The notes: generated from the letters alone by a model not told the origin. Shown: positions 1 to 12,540, counted from the first letter of the stretch. The stretch is 64,000 nucleotides of DNA from Octopus sinensis (GCF_006345805.1 NC_043008.1:39866001-39930000); one strand, 5' to 3'. Program-made: numbers and translations.

Positions 1-863
1 ATCTGACTAGGTCAACCTTCGGATTGACCCACAATATGGGCTCTTTGAAATTCGGACAGTTCCGATGCCTCTTTTATATATGGCATAATTAAGCAGACAC
101 ATATAAACCTGAGGCATGAAAATGTCAAGTAATAAAAAAATACAATCCCCCTCAAGTTAAAATAAACGCAAAACGATGTTTTACGTAGTGTCTATATACT
201 TCTGCCATGTCTGAGTATACATAATTATATACACCTGTATAACGATTTATAATGAATACACAAAACAAGTAAAACTGAACTATGTATAATATATTGTCGC
301 CAAATATTATTTTTTTTCAAGGTTACGTTTATATTAATACACAACCCTAATTGGGAGGTCTCTCTAACACAAAATTCCTCTTAATATCAGTCCATTAATA
401 ATGCAGAGCTGCTTGTAAATATGGATATTGAGCCTTCTGTAAACAGTGTGAATGCGAAGAAGATTTTGTGTACAGCCTAGGTCCTTTCAAATGCTAACAA
501 TAGTGAAAATATTCTGAAAGCTTCAATAAAATTAATTGGCATATGAGATGTGCATCTCATTCATTCAAATAATCAAAAACGTGCGTGTTGCTAAACAGAT
601 TGTTTTTATTCTCCTTGCAATGCATATAAAAGATGAATTTCAGATATTTTTTTATTACATATAATCAGAATTGCATTGGAGGAATGGCAGTTTGCATACA
701 CATATGAATATTTACCCTTTGGAAAAAAGTAAATAGCCTTTTAAAATTAAAAGTCTATGAACGATGCAGACCACCTGAACAAGGCGTCTCTGGCGCCTTG
801 TTTACGTGGTCTATTTACATCTATCTATCTGTCTGCCTGCCTGGCTAATCTCTGTCTGTTTCT

Positions 864-930
864 GTGTATATCTATGTATCTATCTCTCTATCTGTATATA
901 TACATACATACACACACACACACACCACAC

Positions 931-989
<59 letters not shown>

Positions 990-990
990 T

Positions 991-1034
<44 letters not shown>

Positions 1035-1124
1035 CATACATACATGTATATATATGTATATATATATGTGTGTGTATGCATGTATGTATGTATGTATTCA
1101 CACACACATCATCATCATAATCAA

Positions 1125-1157
<33 letters not shown>

Positions 1158-1160
1158 TTA
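864..1160. repeat. Compound microsatellite (CA)n/(TA)n/(TATG)n/(CAT)n
   Basis: Directly visible arrays; they account for the YI/HT/poly-H/poly-D ORFs at 757-1296. Confidence 0.95.
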
Positions 1161-1320
1161 ACGTCCGTTTTCCATGGACGGTTTGAGTGAGGACTGGAAA
1201 GCCAGCGACGTCGCCTGGCTCCAATCTGATCTGGTAATGTTTCATCAGCTCCATGACCTTCTTGTGTAGTGGATGCTTTTTACGTGCCACTGGCATAGGA
1301 GCCAGTCAGGGGGCACTGGC
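1155..1320 (-). mobile_element. 3' fragment of an interspersed retroposon ending in an (ATG)n tail
   Basis: On the minus strand, GGAAAACGGACGTTAAATGATGATG runs into the (CAT)n array. Resembles a common octopus repeat end (from memory, not searched). Confidence 0.45.
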
Positions 1321-1789
1321 CAAAATGCATACATACTTACATACTTACATAATGCATAAGTACATAATGCATACATGCATACATACATACATACATACAT
1401 ACATAATCCTTTAAGCATCAAATCATTATTTAATTTTGTATGATAACGAAAACAACATTTTCAAACCAACTCTGAAAAAGCGAATTCGAGAATATCAGAC
1501 AATTTTCTTTAAAGTCAAATCATAAGATAAGCAGTACCAGGAAGTAGGAAGAAAATTGTAAATTTTTTTGTCATCAAAGAGTTATATCTCTCAATCATCG
1601 AGCTTCAGTTTCTGACATGAAATATAAAGGTATTTTGAGATTACCATCATTGTTTCGGATATTTCCTTTATGCTTCAATCCCACGTTGACGAAGGATTCG
1701 GAGAAGTAGCTACGAAGATGTAGAGACTTTTGGCCAAGAAGATAACAGGAAAAAAATCCAATTCAGAGATTCTTGTGCGATTATGTCCC

Positions 1790-1931
1790 TATACCTGTGT
1801 ATGTATGCTTGTATGTATATATGTATGTATGTATGTATGTAAGTATGCATGTATGTATGTATGTATGTATGTATGTATGTATGTATGTATGTATGTATGT
1901 ATGTATGTATGTATTTATGTATGTATGTATA
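1790..1931. repeat. (TATG)n microsatellite
   Basis: Directly visible. Confidence 0.95.
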
Positions 1932-2140
1932 TAACGGGAAGCTTTATGAAAATAAACAAAAGACGAAGGCAGGTGGAATACAAACAAACAACTGTTTAGT
2001 ATGGCGCTCAGGAATATAAATAAAACAAGTCTTTTACGTTTCGAGCCTACGCTCTTCAACAGAAAGATACACAGAAAAGAAACACGGAGAGAGACAAGGA
2101 GAGAAAAAAAATGCGTGCAGAAGCTAGTGAATCAACATGG
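1932..2140 (-). mobile_element. Short Penelope-like/retrozyme-type element carrying a minimal hammerhead motif
   Basis: Non-microsatellite block containing the hammerhead at 2030-2067; its minus-strand 3' end abuts the (TATG)n array. Confidence 0.5.
2030..2067 (-). ncRNA. Minimal type I hammerhead ribozyme motif (A6U core variant)
   Basis: Minus strand reads TCTTT-CTGTTGA-A-GAGC gtag GCTC-GAAAC-GTA-AAAGA: 5-bp stem I, 4-bp stem II, loop-less palindromic ACGT stem III. Confidence 0.6.
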
Positions 2141-2640
2141 CGATCTGTATGTATATATATATATGTATGTATGTATGCATGCATGTAGGTATAGACGTAC
2201 GCATGCATGTATGTATATATGTATACATGTGACAAAATCCACTTTTACGTTCTGAATATAAAATCGTATTTGAAGTCACACATTTTTCCCTTTCTCGCCT
2301 TCAGCTCGATAATATAATTTGCCATTCTATTCAGTCGGCTGTTTTCTTTTATGATAAAAAAAATATATTCTTAGCATTGTGTCTAATGAAAAAATATTAT
2401 TATTTATCTGTTATTTAGTTCGCTGCTTCAGACTTTTTGCCAATTCCGGGCCCTAAGACGCATTTTATATTATTAATCATATCAATAATATTAATTATAG
2501 CAAGATTGGTTTTCGACTTTTCTTTCCGTTGTACAGTAGCCATTCAATATGTACACACACTCACGCACACACACATATATGTATATATATGCATATACAT
2601 ATATATGCACATATATGAATATAGATATATATACATACAC

Positions 2641-2689
<49 letters not shown>

Positions 2690-3311
2690 TACACATACAC
2701 ATAGGTGTGTGTGTAGTGTGTGTGTATTCGTATGTGTTTATATATATTACCTGTGTAAAAGATAAAAAAATAAATAAACGCTAATTTTATTAAACCCAAT
2801 TCCTTGTGAACTGTTCTGTTTCCTGTGATCAAAGGTGAGAGCGAACTTTCTAAATTTCAATATTGAATTCGTTTTTCACTTGATATTGACCGATTTTCTT
2901 TAATATTTATGTTCCTTGGTTACATACTTGGCTCTAACAACATACGTTGTGGCCATGCTGCTCAACCGAGATTTATACTGTATATTGTGGTTAGTCTTTT
3001 TTATTTCTAGCTTTCAATGTCTGTTGTGTCGAATATTATTGAGTGTCCGAACGTTGTAGTAGAATTACGATAACCAGCTAAGAATGTCTGATCTATTGCA
3101 AGTTATAATGAGTCTAGTAGTATATAATGTGTCTTGAAACGAAATATTAAGTATTATCCGTGTGAACTATAACATCTGCCAACGGAGTGAATTTTAAAGT
3201 CGTTATCTCTTTATGCAGAACTTCTAATTTCATATTTTTCTACACCCTTATATGCTGTTCTTTTACTATTATTACACTCTCATACAACAAGTTGTACAGG
3301 AATATTAAGAC

Positions 3312-3525
3312 GATCGTGAAGGCGATTAGCTAGTGGAATCAGCAAGGTTAGGAGCAGGTAGAATCGTGTAGATAGTGAGCTGGTAGAATCGTGTTTGCGA
3401 TGAGCTGGTAGAATCGTGAAGGCGGTGAGCTGGTAGAATCGTGTAGGCGATGAGCTGGTATAATCGTGAAGGTGGTGGGATTGGGGAATTGTGAAGACGG
3501 TAGAATCGTGAAGACCTCGGGTAAA
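3312..3525 (+). repeat. 25-bp minisatellite (about 7 units) derived from the SINE-B 5' head
   Basis: Units start at 3327, 3352, 3377, 3402, 3427, 3452 and 3477; consensus GAGCTGGTAGAATCGTGAAGGCGGT versus SINE head AAGGTGGCGAGCTGGCAGAAACGTT at 51860. Confidence 0.85.
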
Positions 3526-3710
3526 ATACTTGACTGTATTTTATCCGTTGTTTCGTCCTGAGTCCGAAATCCGTCGAGGGCAACTTAGCTTTTCATCTTT
3601 TCGGGGTTCATAAAATAAGTACCACTTGAACAACGGGGTCGATGCAGTCGACTTACTCCCTCCCCAGAAAATGCTGGTCTTGTGCTAAAGTTTGAATCCA
3701 GTATTAACAA
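3526..3710 (+). mobile_element. SINE group B body (degenerate)
   Basis: B-box-like GAGTCCGAAATCC followed by CTTTTCATCTTTTCGGGG..AAATAAGTACCA..GGGGTCGATG, shared with the other group B copies. Confidence 0.75.
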
Positions 3711-3740
3711 CATCGTGTTATATATTCATGTACAAGTCGA

Positions 3741-3875
3741 CAAGCTGGCAGAATTGTTAGGGCGCCGGACGAAATACTTCGCGTCATTTCGCCTGTCACT
3801 ACGTTCTGCATTGAAATTCCGCCGAGGTCGACTGTACCTCTAATCCTTTCAGTATCGATAAATTAAGTACCACAA
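3741..3875 (+). mobile_element. SINE group B, 3'-truncated
   Basis: AGCTGGCAGAATTGTTAG...AAATTCCGCCGAGGTCGAC...GATAAATTAAGTACC. Confidence 0.75.
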
Positions 3876-4225
3876 CAGCTCCTTTATAGGATCCAGTTAG
3901 CTCAAGACATCATCAGGAGAAACCACGTCCGGTTTCGGCCCCTACTTCTCTACCATTTTGACGTGGCGGGGCCCCGCTTTCGGAGGTGTCTTCAGCTCTG
4001 GTGTTGGGTGCTTGTCTTCTTTCTTCTTCTTTCTTCTGTTCCCTGGCCTCTTCGATGTATCGTCAGCGAGTGTCGGCCGGTGACTGACTGTCTTGTCAAA
4101 TTTTCCCCTTAAAATATCAGCCCCAGCAAGTTGTCACGTGACACTGTCTCACTTTAACTGACCAGTGAAGGCGCGTAGTTTTAGCCCGCACTTTTTCTAA
4201 ACCACCGTCACATGTAAAGGGTTTT
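3876..4225. other. GC-rich unclassified interspersed element
   Basis: Abrupt CpG-rich block starting where the SINE is truncated; contains a GTCACGTGAC palindrome and CTGAAGA/CTGATGA on the minus strand. Family not identified. Confidence 0.3.
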
Positions 4226-5665
4226 AGCATGAAGGCTAAAACATCTGCACTCGCCGTTTATCTACTTTGCAAATCCATTTAATATTTGATCTCCATCATT
4301 TGCAGTATCTTTTACATTATAGATTAATCTAATCATTCATCTAGTGTTGAATAGCTGATATTAAAAAAAAAAACTGCTGCACACAAAATGTTTAGCGTTA
4401 ACACTGCGATTATTTATATTCCTACTCCGTGATCAACTTCATGTTTCAATTAGCCATGTTTGATGAAATAATATATCAAATACTGGTGTGGATATAATTT
4501 CCAAGGAAGTGGTAAAATATGAAGTCTTCAGTACATCTGAGGTAGCGTGTCAGTTCTACAACGTAAGATTCAGTAATAACAAATCTGAATATTTGAATAA
4601 CGAACCATTCTTTTCACGACTCAGAGACCATGTGTATCACTTATTAGATAGTTGAAATCAAGAAGGAAAACGAGCGGGAAAAGGACCGCACATTTTACAA
4701 GAATTTTCTTTTTTAATCACAGTGTAAAATGATATGTAGAACTAAAATTTTAGAATATTTAGCACAACATTACAGAGTTATTCGCTGTTGCCCCTTTACA
4801 TACTAAATCGAAACCCCAGCAGGGCGACTGAATGCTTCATTCTTTCTCTACAGTCTCAAGTAAGAAAATATCAAATAGTGGAAGTCGATTTAATTTACTT
4901 TATCCCCGAATTGAAAATGCGTAGTTTTGTCCCAAAGTGAGAAATTTCAATTATAATAGAAAGAATTTCTGGTAGATGAGAGAATCAATACAATGTTGCA
5001 TGAAATGCCTTTCAGGGTGTAGTTAACTAACCATATGTGTTATGTTGAAAGCATCCTGAAATTCACCTCACAATTCATGCTGCTGGTGACGTATATGTTA
5101 TACACAATGAAATACTGTGATTGATTATGTAGATTATACACTTACCTAAAATTCACAAATGATGACCAGCAGTTGTTGGTGAAATAGTCATAGTTACCGA
5201 ATTAAATGTTGTAATACCTGAAACACATCAACACCCAACCTGTATTTAGAAACGGAATTTCTTTCTTATAGAATTTAAAACGTTAATGAATGAGATCATA
5301 TCCTATATAAACACTAAAGCATTGTTTTGATGATGATTTTCTGCCATATTATTTGCGTTTATTGATAATTTTATAGTTTATTACTCAATCGTTATTTCAA
5401 TTCTGGAAATGGAATACGAGCCGTCATTACATTGATGATGGTAGTCTTCCGCACTACAAGAAAGACGGTTCTGTTCTTACTTGTTGAACTTCCTGCAAAA
5501 ATGGATTCTTTATGGTATCTGAAGTTTGTTCTTTACACTAGCTCACTTCTTCCATGAAACTGACGTTGTCTCAACAAAAGTACGGTGTATCACATATCAG
5601 GTGGCCAAGTGATCTCAAAGCAATCTGATATCATGTTTATTTTTCAAGAACAGAAGATACCAAAT

Positions 5666-5725
5666 GGCTCCGGAATTTGAAACTACGATTTCGCGATAGT
5701 AAGTGCAATACTCTAACCACAGGCC
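5666..5725 (-). mobile_element. tRNA-like SINE head fragment
   Basis: Minus strand GGCCTGTGGTTAGAGTATTGCAC...GTTTCAAATTCCGGAGCC has A-box- and B-box-like motifs. Confidence 0.45.
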
Positions 5726-5859
5726 AATAGTCGTCACACAACCATTAATATATATATGCTACATTATCCATCGCACGTGACAGTGCTTTATAAATTGACT
5801 GATCAGACACACAAATATTAGTCGAATTGTAGACTAAGTGTTAACATTCCGAATATTGA

Positions 5860-6062
5860 AGGCGTCGAGCTAGTACAATCGTTAGCACGTTGAAAACTAT
5901 GATTAGCAGCATTTCGACCGTCTTTACATTCTGAGTTCAAATTCAGCCTTTCATCTTTTGGGAGTCAATAATTTACATACCAGTACAACACTGGGGTCGA
6001 CGTAATTTACTTACTCCATTCCCGGAATTGCAAGCCTCGTGCCTAAACTTGAAACCATTATT
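5860..6062 (+). mobile_element. SINE group B (degenerate, near full length)
   Basis: AAGGCGTCGAGCTAGTACAATCGTTAGCACG...CTGAGTTCAAATTC...CTGGGGTCGACG...TTGAAACCATTATT. Confidence 0.75.
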
Positions 6063-6906
6063 TGCTTGATAGGAAATAGTAGACATTTGTCTTTTTTTCC
6101 CTTTATAATCTATTTATTTCAAACACTTGTCGCACACTTTTAGACATATTGTATTTAGGAAGTGGCAGATTTGGTAACGACTGTAAAGAGACTCACTGTT
6201 TGTTGATTGTTTATATTTTACTTCTCCTTATTTAAAACTGTGAATATTTATGTTCACAACTCAAGGCATATTTTTGTTTTTGCGTGCATGAGAGAATGTG
6301 TGGGCTTGTGTGTGTGCGCGTGTGTGTTTATACACAGATACACCGCGTGATATACTAATATATATCTTCATGTATTTTAATGTGTACACACATATGTATG
6401 TGTATGTATATATATACATATATATTCATATAAATTATAATTAAGAGTATCTACAAGATAGCACCAAGCTAGATATAGCAGCAAAAACTTGATTATAATT
6501 TTAATAATAACTTAATTATAATTTTAATAATTCTTTGCTATGAGTTTTTTATTCCCATGCTATCCACATAAGATCGGTATTTTAAAAAACGATTTTTTCC
6601 TTATCTATATAAATTTATATATATGTATATATATATATTTATACATATACATATATGTATGTATATATATATATATATAATAAAAGCAATTAAGATTCAA
6701 GTCAATTCCAATGAATTTACTTGAATGTGGTACTTAACTTAGATGCACCAGAAAACTATATGGTGTTAATCATACAGTAATGTGGGGTGATTATAAACGA
6801 GAAAGAAGCAACAAGAATGGATTAGTTTTTAGGACAATTGTTTCATACAATTCTTTGTATGAAACAATTGTACTAAAAACTAATCCATTCTTGTTGCTTC
6901 TTTCTC

Positions 6907-6943
<37 letters not shown>

Positions 6944-7178
6944 CAGGGTGGCCCAAAAGTAGGTTTACAGTTATGACGTAGGCACTTTAAATTACTTTTA
7001 AAGCATTTTATAACATTTAAATTTCTATCTTACAAACTGAAAAAGGTGCTTGACAAAATTAACTAAAATACCATAGAATAATAGTTTCATATTTTTATAT
7101 AATTATGATCTAAACTGTTAATATATAAATGTAAAAGAGATAGTTGAATAACTGTAAACCTACTTTTGGGCCAGCCTG
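6944..7178. mobile_element. Tc1/mariner-type MITE, 235 bp
   Basis: 29-bp TIRs, CAGGGTGGCCCAAAAGTAGGTTTACAGTT versus the reverse complement CAGGCTGGCCCAAAAGTAGGTTTACAGTT; TA on the right flank, (TA)n on the left; non-coding AT-rich interior. Confidence 0.85.
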
Positions 7179-8013
7179 TATACACATATATCTGTGTGTT
7201 TGTGTGCTTGTGTGCTAGTACGTGCTTGTATGTTAGTGTGCGTTTGTGTGTGTATGTATGTGTGTGTTACTTGCTTTTCTGAACTGCCACTTTTGTAATT
7301 ATTATTTGTGCGGTGTATTCTCTTTACCGTTTGCTCATCGCATTGCGATGGGATCTGCCAACACTTGTTCCCTCGCGAACGTGCTAATAAAAAGGAACGC
7401 ATTAGGATTAGGACATAAACATCAACATTTTCAATGAAAGGGAAACCAAATGTTGACTGGTAACAAACCTTGTCTGTGTGTACAGGCTTTACCAATTATG
7501 AATCTTCACAAATATAACAATTTTGGTTTTAATAGAAAGTTCTAGAAAATATCAAGATCCAGTTTTCAAGGAGATATAATTCATTTAGATAAGTTAAGAT
7601 GTAAGCTGTTAATTAAGTATGAAACTTTTTGTCAAATAGGTAATGATTCGCGTAATATAAATTCGTATCGCTAAAAGAAGATATGACGCACCGTTGGATG
7701 CAAAAGTATTCATTTCAGTTAGTTTGTTATGCATGATTGGTTTTCGATCGAAATTTACTAAAGATACAGACATGTCGACACCACCTGATGCAGCAAATGC
7801 ATGCAGGAAATAATGTGCTCTGGAACACCACGAGATAGAAGTAATTATTTATTTAATGTTCAATCAGAGAATGAGAAACATCACACTTGAACCGTTATCT
7901 CACCTCTGCATTACGTTTGGTTGTATTAGTGTTCTTTCAATGGCCTTTCTTTCGTTATACAAACGTCGTACTCAGTCTATCTCATAGTTATATTATATAT
8001 TGTAATGCCCTAT

Positions 8014-8330
8014 GGTGTAGTTTAGGCTCATGACCTAGTGCTTAGAGCAGCGGACTCGCGGTCGAGGGACAGCGGGTTCGAATCTCAGACTGGATGACGT
8101 GTGTATTTATGAGCGAAACATGTAAGCTCCATGCGGCTCCGGCAGAAGGTAATGGGGAATTTCTGCTGACTCTTTCGCCACAACATTCTCTCACTGTTTC
8201 CTCCTGCATCTTTCAGCTCGCCAGCGACGGACCGGCATCCCGTCCAGGTGGGGAATTTATACGCCAAGGAAACCGGGTAACCGGTCCTTATGAGCCAGGC
8301 ATAGCTCGAGAAGGAGCAAACAAACTAGTG
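8014..8330 (+). mobile_element. tRNA-derived SINE group C with a Meta-like 3' domain
   Basis: Head GCAGCGGACTCGCGGTC..GGTTCGAATCTC is shared with the 21176 copy; the 3' part GCGACGGACCGGCATCCCGTCCAGG..GGAAACCGGG resembles the MetaSINE domain (from memory). Confidence 0.75.
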
Positions 8331-9189
8331 GTTATCACATCTGATTTACACGTAGACGGTCATGAGTTTGATTCTTGCCAGAAACTTAGACTTAAAGCTT
8401 TATTATTATTTTTTTTTACTAGGCTTAGCGCTGAAACATATAAGAAAATAAAAGAATATACGTAATTTTTCCTAGAAGTAATACGATGAAGATAATGTGT
8501 ATAATAGTCACGCTTAATATTTAAATTTAGGCACAGACTGAGGGAGTTGAATGGTACAATAAATAAATACTGAATATGTTAAAGGCAGTCATTTAATAGT
8601 GGACGTATTTTCTTCATATGGTGTGTGGAAAAAATTCATTCCGTTTATCATTAGTTATTCCGTTGATTCTTCTCTTACAGGAACCGAAAAAACATAAAAT
8701 TACATATGAAGTTGCGTTGTGCACTTCATATGTGTGTCATGTTAGCAAAGAGTTTGTATGCCATTTCCTAAGCTATTCTAAAGCATATTACTAAATACCT
8801 GCACGCAGCCTCTTCCATATATACATAGACACATTTATAGCAACGCTTGTACTATCTTGTATCCATAATTATGAATTTATAAATTTGCCATTTGGATTAT
8901 ATGCTTCCTAGACACTTATACTATTATTATTTATTAATAATACTAACTTATGTATTTATACATAGATCTATATTGGAAATAATAAGGTTGTCAGAATGTT
9001 CGATGATAATACATATATATGTGTGTGTATGTGTGTGTTTGTGTGTGTGTGAGTGTGTGTGTGTGTGTATTTACATTTTAAAGCTTACTTCCGTTATCAG
9101 ACATATGAAACAGTGTACATCACTTGAAAAAATCTTTATATAACTATATTATATATACGTATAAATATACACACACCCACACATATATA

Positions 9190-9210
9190 TATGTGCGTAT
9201 TATATATCTA

Positions 9211-9294
<84 letters not shown>

Positions 9295-9347
9295 CTCTCT
9301 ATATATATATGTGTTTGTGTGTGTGCATGTATATTTGTGCGTACATA

Positions 9348-9418
<71 letters not shown>

Positions 9419-9460
9419 GTATATATATATATAAATATAAGTATACATACAAACACACAC
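9190..9460. repeat. (TCTA)n plus (TA)n microsatellites
   Basis: Directly visible. Confidence 0.95.
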
Positions 9461-9829
9461 ATATATAAAGAGGGGAGAGAGAGAGGAAAAGTGATTCAGA
9501 GATGCTTAATATAGAAAACAATAATGTCTAAATGATTTGAGCATACAATCCAAAATCGTTATCGGGCGGGTCCGCGAGGTAAAGTGCCCATCTCAGAAGA
9601 ATCCGGGTGAGCAGATATAAAGGTAATAAGGCAGGCTTGGATTCGAAATGCATGCGTACATACATATAAATATACACAGGGATATACATACATAATTTAT
9701 ATTTACACAGAAACACACACAAATACACACACACACACACATATATATATGTGAGGAAATCACACACGTCACTTGAAAAACAATTTTTATATTTTTTATG
9801 GTATCTTTATAAGTATAACGAGCTCTTTC

Positions 9830-9978
9830 AATATATATATATATATATATATATGTTTACATGCTTATATACATATGTGTGTGTGAGTATTCATGAAGTA
9901 TATATATATCATCTATATTATGTATATATGTAGATTTGTAAATACTTATTCATTTATGTGTATACGCCCACACACATA

Positions 9979-10036
<58 letters not shown>

Positions 10037-10747
10037 ATCAATAAATATACATATATATATATGTATATATATATATATAGAGAGAGAGAGATACATATAT
10101 ATATACACAAACTCATACAGAAAATATATTTGCGTATATTTCTTGCTTATGCTTCTATTTATTATGTCGATATTAGGAATTTTATTAGGTATCTTTCAAA
10201 AAGGCAGCTTATTCTAATAACATATGACAGACCGGTTTGTCTACTTAACATCACACCTTAACGTTTAAGCGAAACTTCTTTCTGCGTCTTAAGATCTTGT
10301 CTTCTTTATTATTCCTAACACATTAGAACATATTGGTTTAATAATCACTACCAAATACGGATGACAGAAACGCATCACGAACTATACACAAATACACACG
10401 CAAACACAAATTGACACAAACATCAACAAACTCATATTGTATTTAATAACGTGTGCATATATACATACATGTATATATATATATATATGTATATATGTGT
10501 ACATGTATATGTATATAAATAAATAAATATATATATATATATATATATACATACATACATATATATATATATAAACACATTATATATATGTTTATTTGTA
10601 TAATATACACACTTATAAAAGATAGCTACGAAGAAAGACAGACATACACACACACAGAGGCACACACAGATATACAGAGACAGACGTTTACATATATAGG
10701 TGTGTACATATATATATTATATATATATTATATATATATATATATTA

Positions 10748-10782
<35 letters not shown>

Positions 10783-10891
10783 CGTATATATATTATATAT
10801 ATATATATATATATACGTATATGTCTGAGTGTAAGCATAAATGGCTATAGCCTTACACACACATAGGCACACACCCAAACACACACACGCG

Positions 10892-10935
<44 letters not shown>
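9830..10935. repeat. Cluster of (TA)n/(CA)n microsatellites
   Basis: Directly visible; explains the YI-rich ORFs. Confidence 0.9.
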
Positions 10936-10945
<10 letters not shown>

Positions 10946-12031
10946 ATATATATACATTATGTGCGTATGTACACAAATGTACGACACTAAAGTAAATATG
11001 AAGGAGCGACGATAGAAATTTGAAAGCAATGATTTAAGGAAGCATGGTAATATTGGAATGGAATTTATGAAATAGCCAGCGAGATAATTTAAATATTGTA
11101 GTCAGGTACCGTTGAGGGCGATTACAATGGAGTATGATTAAATGTTGCTAACTGGATTAATCCATAATGGAATAAATGGGGAGAATTGTTTTAGTAATAC
11201 TAAGTTATTAAATATAATTGGAAGGGAAAATAATTTCTATTATTAAATGTTGTTCTTGGGGAATGCAGAAGAAGCGACTACAATATTTGAGATTTGTAAG
11301 GTGGAGTTAAGTAATAATATGAGGGCATATATTTATGGGATTCGTTTTGATAACAAAAATTGTACAAAAATTGTACAAATGTACCGGAAAAATATATAAT
11401 ATAATATTAGATAAATTGCTTTATAAGATAGATTCTGCTAGTCTTGTGGGAATAATTTAAAACTGCCTCAGTAGAATAATTAAGAGAGATGTACGATATA
11501 ATGATAGAATTGAATGACTTTCGCTAAACGAAGATAAAATCTATTGTGTAATATTTTAAAGGAAGACGCCTTTACAAAAAGGAAAAAAATATGTTACTAT
11601 TATGTTTACCTTTAATATCAAGTGGTTATAAATTCTAAGGTACAGGAATAAAATGAAGTGCGTAAAATGCTGCATAAATATATAAATTATCAAGAGATTC
11701 CGCTGAATGTAAGAGAGGAATAAGACAAGGTGTAGAAATACCTATGTAAATTTTTAAGAAATAAGATATGTAAATTAAATATGCATTTTTGTAAGGTGTT
11801 CAAACATTGGGATTTCGTCATCATTCTGTCGTGCGTGTTGCACGGATCACCGTCACTCGTTCTCTCGAGTCTGTTTTGTCCACCACTGCACGTGATAGGT
11901 CTTCTCATGTATATTCGGATATCTCGCATTTACATTATGTAGATTCGATGTTGTCTACCGACACTTTTCTAACTATTCTTCGGCTAATCAAAGATAACCA
12001 TGTCAGTATCTATGTTGGAGATAAAATAAGT

Positions 12032-12540
12032 TAAGTTAAGTTAATTTTTTGGATCAGAAAGCAAGGCCATGTAGGGGGGCATGGAGTTATGTACAGGAAG
12101 GGTGTTCATCCAAAGAGTTCAGGCCATTTCTGGACAAGAGAGACTTTGAACCGAGCGGTCGTCGGCATCTTCACTATCTCGTCCGGCAGCTTATTCCACG
12201 GATCCGCAACCCGGACGGAGAAAGCCCCTCTCCTTCGATTGAGATGAAATCGTCGCAGATAGAGCTTTTCGGAGTGACCCCGCAGCCGACGCATCGTCGT
12301 TTTTCTAGAGAGTAAAGGTCGAGCGTCTTCAGCCTTTCTTCATAAGACTAATGCTTGAGACCAAGAACTATGCGGGTAGCCAGCTTCTGGACTCTTTCGA
12401 GATGATGTATGTCTTTGTGGAGGTAAGGAGAAGAGGCTGGTACTCCAATATGGGTCTCACCAGCGCGACATAGGCATCGAGCGGTAGGAATATGACTGCT
12501 GTGAGCATTCCGAATGACCGTCGAATCAAGGTTTAGGATA
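12032..12540 (-). mobile_element. CR1-clade LINE, 5'-truncated 3' end with (CTTAA)n tail
   Basis: Minus-strand translation with shifts gives ALVRPILEY..KDIHHLERVQKLATRIVLGLKH*SYEERLKTLDLYSLE..RGHSEKL..FSVRVADPWNKLPDEIV..FK, the canonical CR1 ORF2 C-terminus. Candidate TSD AAATAAGT at 12024-12031 and 12551-12558. Confidence 0.9.

Noticed and set aside
3312-3525. Regularly spaced repeats as a possible CRISPR-like array
   Set aside because: The units are contiguous 25-mers with no unique spacers, the context is eukaryotic with no cas genes, and the unit is explained by the SINE head.
3880-4000. Hammerhead-like words (CTGAAGA, GAAAC, CTGATGA) on the minus strand of the GC-rich element
   Set aside because: I could not assemble stems I-III with an intact core in any topology; at best a heavily decayed pLTR.
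5130-5225. Minus-strand AG...GTAAGT-bounded segment as a micro-exon
   Set aside because: All three frames contain stops and there is no other support.
5435-5470. TTGATGA-GTAGT/ACTAC stem-GAAAG as a hammerhead
   Set aside because: No stem III, cleavage triplet or stem I; compatible with chance.
8014-8090. tRNA genes at SINE heads (also 21176, 12672, 24073)
   Set aside because: They lack a complete cloverleaf and acceptor stem and continue into SINE bodies; annotated as SINEs, not tRNAs.
11690-12034. Overlapping ORFs; the minus-strand TCSGGQNRLERT..PC..CLNT looked thrombospondin-like
   Set aside because: Lacks the WxxW and key Cys residues of TSP1 and has no consistent splice sites; left unassigned.
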